Under the pieces are notes generated by a model that searched no databases, was not told the DNA's origin, and saw only the letters and a program-made list of their open reading frames with translations. Below are positions 9,381 through 16,908 of a DNA stretch of 32,000 bases, piece by piece. The stretch is from an uncultured Alphaproteobacteria bacterium (GTDB lineage Bacteria > Pseudomonadota > Alphaproteobacteria > Rs-D84). The first letter of the stretch is position 1. Every line of letters begins with the position of its first letter. The position numbers were made by a program, and so were the translations under genes. The DNA lies in NCBI GenBank assembly GCA_963931495.1, contig OZ007020.1, forward strand, positions 240,001 through 272,000, given 5' to 3'.

Positions 9381-10634
9381 ATGTTTTCAAAACTGGAAAG
9401 AAAAGTTGCATTCCGATATCTGGGCGCAAAAAAGCGCGGTTTTGGTTCCGTGATTTCGTGGGTGTCGTTAATCGGTATTATGTTGGGGGTGGGGACCCTG
9501 ATTGTTGTTATGTCGGTTATGGGCGGGTTTCATGACACGTTGCTGTCGCGTATCGTCGGAATGAATGGGCATGTCGTCGTTTATCACCAAGATGGCGCAA
9601 TTGCTGATTATGATTTCTTGATTGATAAAATGAAACAAAACAAGGTTGTTGCCGCCAATGCCACTGGGGTTGTCCCAATCGTAGAGGGCCAGGTGATGGC
9701 CACGGCCGGTGGATATAATACAGGTGCAATAATTCGCGGAATTCGTATGTCTGATTTGGCGGCCAAGACAACCACGGGCACAAAAATTTATGGCAAACCA
9801 CTGGATAAAATTCGTGATGGCGAATTGGTTGGTGGTGCGTCTTTGACCCGGGCGTTGCGTGTTGGTATGGGGGATATGATTTCGCTGGTTTCTGCAAATG
9901 GGGCAACGCCAACACCGTTTGGTTCAATGCCACGGATTATGGCGTATCCGGTTATGTCATCGTTCTTTATGGGAATGTATGAATATGATTCTGGGTACAT
10001 ATTTATGCCATTGGAAACGGCGCAAAAGTATCTGAATATTCAAGATTCTGTGACGCATATTGATTTATTCTTGCGTGATCCCGAAGATACAACAGATGTA
10101 CGTGATGCGTTGGCAAATATGTTGCCAACCGGGTTTGTTGTGCGCGATTGGCGTGAATTGAATCGCGGATTTGTCGGTGCGTTACAGGTGGAATCAAATG
10201 TAATGTTTTTGATATTGTTGCTGATTGTGATTGTGGCGGCATTCAATATTGTTTCCAGTCTGGTTATGCTGGTCAAAGATAAATCCAAAGATATTGCGGT
10301 GTTGCGGACATTCGGTGTATCGCGTCGTTCTATGATGAAAATTTTTGTTTTGTCTGGGACCAGTATCGGGATTTTGGGCGCGTTGTTTGGAACTGTGCTG
10401 GGGGTTGTGATTGCGATTTATATTGAACCAATACGTCAATTCGTTCAATGGGCCACAGGACGTGATTTGTTCCCGGCAGAATTATATTATTTATCAGAAT
10501 TACCGTCAAAATTGGTGCCAGGGGAAGTAATTGGAATTGCGCTGATTGCGGTGCTGTTGGCATTTTTGGCAACGCTGTATCCGGCGTGGAAAGCGGCCAG
10601 CACAGATCCGGTTGACGTATTAAGAAATGAATAA
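9381..10634 (+). CDS. lolC: lipoprotein-releasing ABC transporter permease, LolC/LolE family
   Basis: 417 aa. The N-terminus VAFRYLGAKKRGFGSVISWVSLIGIMLGVGTLIVVMSVMGGF matches the LolC/E pattern. It has a large periplasmic loop and a C-terminal FtsX-type 3-TM bundle. Confidence 0.9.
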   Translation: MFSKLERKVAFRYLGAKKRGFGSVISWVSLIGIMLGVGTLIVVMSVMGGFHDTLLSRIVGMNGHVVVYHQDGAIADYDFLIDKMKQNKVVAANATGVVPIVEGQVMATAGGYNTGAIIRGIRMSDLAAKTTTGTKIYGKPLDKIRDGELVGGASLTRALRVGMGDMISLVSANGATPTPFGSMPRIMAYPVMSSFFMGMYEYDSGYIFMPLETAQKYLNIQDSVTHIDLFLRDPEDTTDVRDALANMLPTGFVVRDWRELNRGFVGALQVESNVMFLILLLIVIVAAFNIVSSLVMLVKDKSKDIAVLRTFGVSRRSMMKIFVLSGTSIGILGALFGTVLGVVIAIYIEPIRQFVQWATGRDLFPAELYYLSELPSKLVPGEVIGIALIAVLLAFLATLYPAWKAASTDPVDVLRNE

Positions 10635-10646
10635 AGGAATCGCGTA

Positions 10647-11357
10647 ATGGCAAATATACTGAATTCTTTGTCTAAAATTTCAAAGGGTGATATTGTGCTG
10701 TCGGTGCGCGATATCAAAAAGACATTTATGGAAGGGGGGCAACCATTACATATTTTACGTGGTGGTGGATTTGATTTGCATCGTGGCGAAATAATTGCGC
10801 TGGTTGGACCGTCGGGCAGTGGTAAGTCTACGTTATTACAATGTGTTGGATTGCTGGATCGGCCAACATCGGGCAGTATTTTGCTGGACGGTGTGCCTGT
10901 TCAAAAAATGGATGATGAAATGCGCACGATGATGCGCCGGCGTAAAATTGGTTTTGTGTATCAGCGTCATAATTTATTGTCTGATTTTACTGCGTTGGAA
11001 AATGTTGTGTTGCCAATGTTGGCAAATGGGGTGGATGAACACAGTGCAAATGCGCGCGCAATGAAATTATTACGCGCGGCCAGTGTTGCGCATCGGGCAT
11101 CACATCTGCCGGGCGAAATGTCGGGTGGCGAACAACAGCGTACGGCCGTGGCACGTGCATTGGCAAACAGCCCAGAAATATTGTTGGCAGATGAACCAAC
11201 CGGCAGTTTGGATCCCACACATGCACAATCTGTGTTTGATTTGTTGTTGGATTTAGTGCGTAAAAATAAAATGGCAATGTTGTTTGTTACACATGATATG
11301 AATCTGGCATCACGGGCGGACAGAAAAATTACTATTCACGACGGCGTCGTTGAATGA
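10647..11357 (+). CDS. lolD: lipoprotein-releasing ABC transporter ATP-binding protein LolD
   Basis: Walker A GPSGSGKST, LolD-like LSDFTALENV, signature MSGGEQQRTAVARAL and Walker B ILLADEPTG. Lies 12 nt after lolC/E. Confidence 0.92.
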   Translation: MANILNSLSKISKGDIVLSVRDIKKTFMEGGQPLHILRGGGFDLHRGEIIALVGPSGSGKSTLLQCVGLLDRPTSGSILLDGVPVQKMDDEMRTMMRRRKIGFVYQRHNLLSDFTALENVVLPMLANGVDEHSANARAMKLLRAASVAHRASHLPGEMSGGEQQRTAVARALANSPEILLADEPTGSLDPTHAQSVFDLLLDLVRKNKMAMLFVTHDMNLASRADRKITIHDGVVE

Positions 11358-11388
11358 TATAATATAAATAAAACAGGGGAAGCGAGAG

Positions 11389-12078
11389 ATGAAAAAAGCA
11401 GCACCGAAATCAAAACAAAAAACAGCACAGGTTTGTGACTGTTACAGCACTGGTCATAAAATTTGGGGCGCGGTCGCATTGGCCGGATTGTTTTCTTGTG
11501 GATTAATATTGGGGTTAACATATCGTCCAGAACCCGTCCAAGAGGTACGTCTGGATGCGCAACAGTGTGATGCAATTGCAAATGAAATTATCAAGATTAC
11601 AACTGATGGGGCAACCACAGAAAATGTTGATGTGTTAAATGAATTGAATGCGGCGTACTCTGATGGTTGCGCCGGGCGCTTGGTTATAATTGACCGCGTG
11701 GCAAGTCAAAATCTGATGCCGGAAATAATTTCAACTTGTTCACGTATTGAACAATTGTTGACATCACGTCTGCATCCTGAATCTGATACAGATTATTTGG
11801 CACATTTAAGTAATGCGGATACATACAGTACGTTGGCGGAACGTGGATGTGCGGAAAACGCGGATATGTATAAAACAATGGCACTGCGTGAATTGGAAAT
11901 CGCAACGGCGTTAAAGCCAGAAGAAAATATGAATGAATCTGATACAGAAATTGTGATTGATACGTTCAAAAAGTTGGATATGCAACGCGAAGCACAACAA
12001 TTTTTAGATAAAATTCAACAATTAACCAATCCAGCAATTGATTTTATCTTGCAGATGGAACAGGTAATAAATGGATAA
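11389..12078 (+). CDS. membrane-anchored Cys-module protein, paralogue 1 (unknown function)
   Basis: 229 aa with SD ggggaag and an N-terminal TM (IWGAVALAGLFSCGLILGLTY). Two Cys-bracketed modules, and a C-terminal tail shared with 12830-13630. Confidence 0.75.
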   Translation: MKKAAPKSKQKTAQVCDCYSTGHKIWGAVALAGLFSCGLILGLTYRPEPVQEVRLDAQQCDAIANEIIKITTDGATTENVDVLNELNAAYSDGCAGRLVIIDRVASQNLMPEIISTCSRIEQLLTSRLHPESDTDYLAHLSNADTYSTLAERGCAENADMYKTMALRELEIATALKPEENMNESDTEIVIDTFKKLDMQREAQQFLDKIQQLTNPAIDFILQMEQVING

Positions 12079-12081
12079 ATT

Positions 12082-12804
12082 ATGAAAAAATTTACCGCAA
12101 TATTTACAGCGTGTTTGATTGGAATGCCGGCGTTTGGGGCTGATTCTGGGGTCGCGGCGCGTATGGATTGTACAGATATCCAGGCGCGCATTAGTGAATT
12201 ATCGGCAATTGAAAATCCAGATGATGCAACAACAAATGAATTAACCCAGTTACAGGCATCGTATCGCAGTAATTGTGCGCCATCGGCGGCGGGGCGCCGT
12301 ACATCGGGGCGGGCGGCGGCGCTGTCTTATACCGGTCGGTCTGCATCTAATACAACGGGTGGAACGTCGGGGACGGACAGCACAACCCAGTCGGCGTTGA
12401 CAGTGGATTATGCGCTGAATCAGTTTTTAATGGAATTACAGGGTGTATGTCGGAATTTTTCTGCAAATATCGCAACGTTAACGCGTGGTGGGGCAACAAC
12501 CGAAGATTTGCAGCCTTTGATTGATCAATATCATATAAATTGTTTGGGCGAACAGGTTGCAAGTACAACTGATGATGCGGGCGATACGTCTGGGGACGCG
12601 GATGATACGAATGTGGTGGCGGTTGACCCGGCGGTGGCCGCAGAAAATGTTGCCGCCGGTCTGTGTCCTGATGGCAGCAAGCCAAATAAGTTTGGCTGTT
12701 GCGCCGGTGAAACCTTCAAGGATATTGGTAACCTGGAATTTGCATGCTGTCCCGAAGATGGGAATGAATGCTATCCGCCGATAACCATAGAATATGATAT
12801 TTAG
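12082..12804 (+). CDS. secreted Cys-module protein, paralogue 2, with a Cys-rich C-terminus (unknown function)
   Basis: 240 aa, 3 nt after paralogue 1. Has a signal peptide (FTACLIGMPAFGADSG), two Cys-bracketed ATTE/N modules, a low-complexity S/T/G/R linker, and the terminal motif CPDGSKPNKFGCCAGE...FACCPEDGNECYPP. Confidence 0.75.
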   Translation: MKKFTAIFTACLIGMPAFGADSGVAARMDCTDIQARISELSAIENPDDATTNELTQLQASYRSNCAPSAAGRRTSGRAAALSYTGRSASNTTGGTSGTDSTTQSALTVDYALNQFLMELQGVCRNFSANIATLTRGGATTEDLQPLIDQYHINCLGEQVASTTDDAGDTSGDADDTNVVAVDPAVAAENVAAGLCPDGSKPNKFGCCAGETFKDIGNLEFACCPEDGNECYPPITIEYDI

Positions 12805-12829
12805 TTTTTATAAAAAAAGGAGGGTGTGA

Positions 12830-13630
12830 ATGAGCACAAGAAAGTCTGGTAAAAATGATATCAGAAATACACGTCGGGGTACGTGGATATGGTGGGTCGT
12901 CGCCATTATAATATTTGGTGGTTTGGCCGTATGGGGTATTTATGCCGCAGATAAATCGGGTAAAACAGATATGACAGGTGGTTTCCAAGAACCCCAGCCC
13001 CAGGTTGTTGCCACAGAAAATAGTAATGAAATGCGTCCAGCCTGTGCAGTCATAGAAGATATGCTGGTGTTTGGTATCGTCGGTGATGATGATACGGATT
13101 GGCAGAAACAGGCCGACAGTGCACAAATATATTCCGTGTTGGCAGAACGCGGATGTCCAGAAAATGCCCAGTTCTTTAAGGATATGGCACAACGTAAACA
13201 GACAATTGCCGATGGATTGCGCGCAATTATGGACCCAAATAACAGTATTATGACATCTGTGGAATATCTGTATTCTGATGACAGAATTTGCCAAACAATT
13301 GAAAAACGCGTAATTCAAAATATTAATACCAAGGCGTATACATATGACGAATTCTTGGATAATGCGAATACTTATTCGGTTCTGTACCAATTTGGATGCC
13401 ATCCAAATAAACGTGCGTATTCGCGTGCGGCAATTCGCGAACTGGGGGTTGCAATGGCATTGGTGCCACCAGAACATATGACCAAAGAACAAATTGTTAC
13501 AATTATGGAAGTGTATAAACGCATGAAAAATGCAGATGGTGCGCATATGGTTCTGCAACGCTTAAAGGCGCGCGGATATGATATGGACTTCTTGTTAAGT
13601 ATGGAAGAAATCATACACGGCATGGCGTAA
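12830..13630 (+). CDS. membrane-anchored Cys-module protein, paralogue 3 (unknown function)
   Basis: 266 aa with a strong SD aaggaggg and an N-terminal TM (WIWWVVAIIIFGGLAVWGIYAA). Two YS.L...GC.(E/P)N modules, and a C-terminal tail alignable to paralogue 1. Confidence 0.8.
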   Translation: MSTRKSGKNDIRNTRRGTWIWWVVAIIIFGGLAVWGIYAADKSGKTDMTGGFQEPQPQVVATENSNEMRPACAVIEDMLVFGIVGDDDTDWQKQADSAQIYSVLAERGCPENAQFFKDMAQRKQTIADGLRAIMDPNNSIMTSVEYLYSDDRICQTIEKRVIQNINTKAYTYDEFLDNANTYSVLYQFGCHPNKRAYSRAAIRELGVAMALVPPEHMTKEQIVTIMEVYKRMKNADGAHMVLQRLKARGYDMDFLLSMEEIIHGMA

Positions 13631-13715
13631 CGTCGGTAGATATATAACAGCCCATTGAATTAAACGCTTGCGTTTATATAAATTTATTATATAATCAGTG
13701 GGCTTTGAATTTGCG

Positions 13716-13790
13716 GCGGGCATAGTACAAAGGCTAGTATGCAAGCCTTCCAAGCTTGAAATGCGGGTTCGATTCCCGCTGCCCGCACCA
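13716..13790 (+). tRNA. tRNA-Gly (anticodon UCC)
   Basis: Hand-folded cloverleaf of 75 nt. Acceptor GCGGGCA/TGCCCGC, anticodon arm CAAGC-CTTCCAA-GCTTG, T arm GCGGG-TTCGATT-CCCGC, encoded CCA. Confidence 0.9.
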
Positions 13791-13905
13791 AAAAATTGTG
13801 AAAAATGGAATCTGCTTGATTTTGATTCCGGTCATGTACGCTTTGTACATTCGCCTGCATCAAAATCATCGCATCTTCCAATTTTTGACAATTTTTAACG
13901 AGATT

Positions 13906-13992
13906 GGGCGTGCGCCGGAGTTGGAGAGCCGGGGCAGACTGTAAATCTGTTGGCTTAAGCCTGAGGTGGTTCGAATCCACCCACTCCCACCA
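13906..13992 (+). tRNA. tRNA-Tyr (anticodon GUA), class II with a long variable arm
   Basis: 87 nt. Acceptor GGGCGTG/CACTCCC (6 of 7 pairs, C4-U69 mismatch), D arm CCGG-AGTTGGAGAG-CCGG, anticodon arm GCAGA-CTGTAAA-TCTGT. Has a 14-nt variable arm, T arm GGTGG-TTCGAAT-CCACC and encoded CCA. Position 8 is C rather than the usual U. Confidence 0.8.
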
Positions 13993-14094
13993 AAATAAAA
14001 ACACCCGCCGAATGGCGGGTGTTTATATTTTGTGACGGAGTGGTGAGATGAGAACCACTGGTTCGACAATGAGTAGATTTGACCGGCAACGCGC
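13965..14094 (+). repeat. repeat copy A: tRNA-Tyr T-arm/3' end, terminator and downstream segment (x+y)
   Basis: 13965-14065 (x) recurs at 15435-15532. 14046-14094 (tail of x plus y) recurs at 17095-17143. Confidence 0.9.
14001..14031. terminator. rho-independent terminator after tRNA-Tyr, usable on both strands
   Basis: Stem acacccgcc / ggcgggtgt with loop gaat, followed by ttatatttt. The minus-strand reading is followed by ttttatttt. Confidence 0.75.
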
Positions 14095-14134
14095 GGTCAA
14101 AACGTCAGGAATGCCCCACAGGGCACTTTTTATA

Positions 14135-14794
14135 TTAACTTTTTTTATTTTTAGATAAAAAAGCAATTATTAACACCAAACTTATACAGAATAAAAAAGA
14201 AATGCCATTAATAACATCATTTGTTCTATCTTTTTCCATAACTGTATAAAATTTTTTATCATCGCTAAAAGGGCATTCTTTTGCTCTTTTTTCAACTGAT
14301 TTACGAACATTTGAATCCCATCTAATTTTAAATTTTTCAAATGTTGAAGCAGTATCATATACTTCTTTTCCACTAATCAATCCTTCACGACAATTTGTGT
14401 TTTTATATGAATCTGCAAAACCTTCTTGAATAATACTATTATTTAGTTCTTTTTTGCATTCTTGTATAACTTCATTTCTATTGTTCTTTTCTATATCTGT
14501 TGAATACATATCTCTTTCTTTATCGGACATATTATAATATTTATCCCAGTCCATTTTATCGGCAATTTTTCCAGTATAACAATCACATACTTTTTCTATC
14601 ATATCTGTTTTCTTTTTATCATCAATTTCAACAGGGATATTTTTTATCATTATGTTTTCACAATGCATAAGAGCAACTGTTCTAAACGCTAATTCTACAG
14701 AAGCAAGTTCAACATCTTTTTTTATAGGTTCTGATTGTGCTTGGGCAAAAAATACACAACTTATAATAATAAAAAATGATATTATTTTTTTCAT
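14135..14794 (-). CDS. islet-encoded exported protein with a C-terminal membrane anchor, Lys/Asp/Cys-rich (unknown function)
   Basis: 219 aa with SD aagga. Has a signal peptide (FFIIISCVFFAQAQS) and a C-terminal TM (ISFLFCISLVLIIAFL). Confidence 0.65.
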   Translation of the reverse strand: MKKIISFFIIISCVFFAQAQSEPIKKDVELASVELAFRTVALMHCENIMIKNIPVEIDDKKKTDMIEKVCDCYTGKIADKMDWDKYYNMSDKERDMYSTDIEKNNRNEVIQECKKELNNSIIQEGFADSYKNTNCREGLISGKEVYDTASTFEKFKIRWDSNVRKSVEKRAKECPFSDDKKFYTVMEKDRTNDVINGISFLFCISLVLIIAFLSKNKKS

Positions 14795-14811
14795 ATTATA
14801 ATCCTTATATA

Positions 14812-15237
14812 TTATTGAACATTTATTTCTGGTTTTTCTTTATCTGGATTATCTGTAAAATCTTTTACACAATATATAAAAGCAATATCTATTAACTTTT
14901 CTCTTGTTTCAGCAATATTAAATACGTTTACAATATGTTTTTTGATTGCATTATAAGTTTTGGGTTCTTTTAAAACATTACCATTGTATAGGTTTATTGT
15001 TGCACATTCACATAATTGATTAACATAAATAACCTTTCCTAATGTGGTTTCTTCTTTTGGTGTATATTTTTTTACACATAAATCTCTTATTTTATCTTCA
15101 TTATCAAAAACATTGTGCACATATTCATTAATATATTTATTTTTATAGTAATTATTAATACATAAATATCCAACAAAAGATATACCCAATCCAAGCAATA
15201 CAACAGATGATATATAAATAAATTTCTTATTTTTCAT
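14812..15237 (-). CDS. islet-encoded small membrane-anchored protein (unknown function)
   Basis: 141 aa with an N-terminal TM (FIYISSVVLLGLGISFVGYLCI). Lies 17 nt upstream of the 14135-14794 ORF on the same strand. Confidence 0.6.
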   Translation of the reverse strand: MKNKKFIYISSVVLLGLGISFVGYLCINNYYKNKYINEYVHNVFDNEDKIRDLCVKKYTPKEETTLGKVIYVNQLCECATINLYNGNVLKEPKTYNAIKKHIVNVFNIAETREKLIDIAFIYCVKDFTDNPDKEKPEINVQ

Positions 15238-15434
15238 TTTGTATTCTTTTTTAATTATTTGAATTCATACCCATTATAATTTAAATATACAAAATGTCAT
15301 TATTAATTTTTTATGTGCTTTTTATTAAAAACACGTTAAAATTATAAAAGTGCTAAGCAAACTGTCTGGCAATTCAATGTTTTTATAGTCAAAAGTGTCA
15401 AGCAAAGAGCAATTTTTGGCTAAAAACCGGCATT

Positions 15435-15532
15435 GGTGGTAATCCACCCACTCCCACCAAAATAAAAATACCCGCCGAATGGCGGGTGTTTATATTTTGT
15501 GACGGAGTGGTGAGATGAGAACCACTGGTTCG
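15435..15532 (+). repeat. repeat copy B: partial tRNA-Tyr 3' half plus terminator (x only)
   Basis: Aligned by eye to 13965-14065. It differs by a 3-nt deletion (tcg of the T-loop) and one substitution (c14002 / t15469). Homology stops after ggttcg. Confidence 0.9.
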
Positions 15533-15719
15533 TAATATGCCAAACTGGGGTATTGTAAAGCCAGCGTTTTTTTAGTAAAATCTGGATTGTCGGTAAAGCC
15601 AAATTCAAATGAAATAGGGGACAGGTAATTGTAAATCCAATAAAACAATTACCGCGGGTTATAAAAACATTACGTTTGGAATATATGAATAAATAGTTGT
15701 TTCTGTGTGTGGGGGCAAT

Positions 15720-16274
15720 ATGGTGTGGAATTTTTATTTCTTTCGGCATGGGCAAACAAACGAAAACGCCGAAGGCGCAAAAGAAGGTAATCGTACAGAT
15801 GCGTATCTGACGTCTGATGGTGTTAAACAGGCCGAACGATTGGCCGAATTTTTGCGCGATAAAAAAATAGATGCGTTTTATTCTTCGCCATTGCCACGGG
15901 CGGTGCGTACGGCTGAAATTGTGGGTGAATATCATCCGGCCGCACCAATTATTATCAACAGTGATTTTATAGAAACAGCATTCGGATTTTGGTACAACGA
16001 TGATTCTGATGCGCAACGTCGCATAGATAACAATTTCAAGCGCATCAGTGGTGCGTTGGGGCGCATCGTTGCACAAAGCAAATATTCAAACATTGCCATA
16101 TCATCGCATGGTGGTGTGACGCGCGCATTGTGTTGGGCGACGGGTATGCGTGTCGGGCATATTAAAAATTGTCAATGCTTTCATTTTATTTTGGATGACG
16201 ATGGTTGGCATTTTGTGGAAAGTTTTGAGTCTGGTATTGAAGTCGTAAATAAATCTGATGTCGGGCAAATGTGA
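15720..16274 (+). CDS. histidine phosphatase family protein (phosphoglycerate mutase-like)
   Basis: RHG motif FFRHGQTNEN, SSPLPRAVRTAE and SSHGGVTRA. ATG 15720 is preferred over the track's GTG 15705. Confidence 0.85.
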   Translation: MVWNFYFFRHGQTNENAEGAKEGNRTDAYLTSDGVKQAERLAEFLRDKKIDAFYSSPLPRAVRTAEIVGEYHPAAPIIINSDFIETAFGFWYNDDSDAQRRIDNNFKRISGALGRIVAQSKYSNIAISSHGGVTRALCWATGMRVGHIKNCQCFHFILDDDGWHFVESFESGIEVVNKSDVGQM

Positions 16275-16305
16275 TATTTTGATATTTACCCAGAATGGAT
16301 GCGGA

Positions 16306-16902
16306 ATGATAGAATTTGTTAGGTTTTTTATTTATGTTTTGCTGGTGGTGGTTGCGTGCGTGACTGTGTACTGTGGGCTTAGGTTTATTGAATACAGTTG
16401 GAATGTAATTGTATCAAAAACACCGCCATTTGTACCGGCGAACAGTACCGAACGCGCGGCGGTTGTGCAACAAATAAATATGTTTTATCCGCATGCGAAA
16501 ACGGTCTTGGAATTGGGGTCGGGATATGGCGAGTTGGCACGATATATCGCGCAAAATACATCTGCGCATGTGATTGGGGTGGAAAAAATGCCAGGTGCGG
16601 CATTAATCAGTTGGGTGCTGGATAAACTGTATCGCGTAAATTCGCGAACTGTTTGGGGGAATATATATCAATACCTGGAAAATATGAACGGGCGGGCGGA
16701 TATTGCGGTTATGTATATGGGGCCAAATGTTAACATCGCGTCTGAAACATATTTGAATAAATTTGATGTTCTGATTTCTGTGGATTTTGAAATACCGGAC
16801 ATATCACCGGTGCGTGTTATTGATGTGGGCAATGGATACACAAGATATGCAGGTAAAAAATATCCGCACCGATTATATGTGTATGAATTTAATCATGTAT
16901 AG
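16306..16902 (+). CDS. class I SAM-dependent methyltransferase-like protein with an N-terminal TM helix
   Basis: Motif I VLELGSGYGELA, preceded by TM FFIYVLLVVVACVTVYCGL. ATG 16306 avoids overlap with the phosphatase gene; the track start is 16258. Confidence 0.7.
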   Translation: MIEFVRFFIYVLLVVVACVTVYCGLRFIEYSWNVIVSKTPPFVPANSTERAAVVQQINMFYPHAKTVLELGSGYGELARYIAQNTSAHVIGVEKMPGAALISWVLDKLYRVNSRTVWGNIYQYLENMNGRADIAVMYMGPNVNIASETYLNKFDVLISVDFEIPDISPVRVIDVGNGYTRYAGKKYPHRLYVYEFNHV

Positions 16903-16908
16903 AATTTT

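Larger units (their letters stand above)
14066..15434. mobile_element. AT-rich islet bracketed by direct repeats derived from the tRNA-Tyr 3' end; no integrase (remnant or non-autonomous genomic islet)
   Basis: Bounded by repeat copies A and B. Hand counts on sample 60-nt lines give about 23% G+C inside (14161, 14881) against about 45% in the flank (13441). Carries two co-oriented small ORFs. Confidence 0.6.

Noticed and set aside
11431-11445. Pentapeptide VCDCY shared between paralogue 1 (N-terminus) and the 219-aa islet protein (14135-14794), and SY..NC-type endings in both groups
   Set aside because: The match is too short to separate from chance, and in paralogue 1 it lies on the cytoplasmic side of the TM. 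It is noted only as a hint and not used as evidence of homology.
12716-13558. 280-aa minus-strand ORF rich in Cys, His, Phe and Ile
   Set aside because: It is entirely antisense to the well-supported paralogue-3 gene, which has a strong SD, a TM and paralogy. It has no RBS and a low-complexity, antisense-typical composition.
13687-14069. Several 60-105-aa ORFs on both strands across the tRNA-Gly/tRNA-Tyr region
   Set aside because: They overlap two cloverleaf-folding tRNA genes and a terminator. Nothing supports coding.
13965-14131. Possibility that the repeated segment after tRNA-Tyr is part of a permuted two-piece tmRNA (ssrA), a frequent island target
   Set aside because: The adjacent gene folds as a complete tRNA-Tyr with a GUA anticodon. 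I see no tag reading frame and no tmRNA-like GGGG...acceptor partner or resume codon.
15624-15653. 9-bp inverted repeat ggtaattgt...acaattacc upstream of the phosphatase gene
   Set aside because: It is a single occurrence with a 12-nt loop and no T-run or partner sites, which is insufficient to call an operator or a terminator.
15420-16076. 218-aa minus-strand ORF spanning repeat copy B and the phosphatase gene
   Set aside because: It is antisense to a motif-supported histidine phosphatase gene and runs through the tRNA-derived repeat. No motifs were found.
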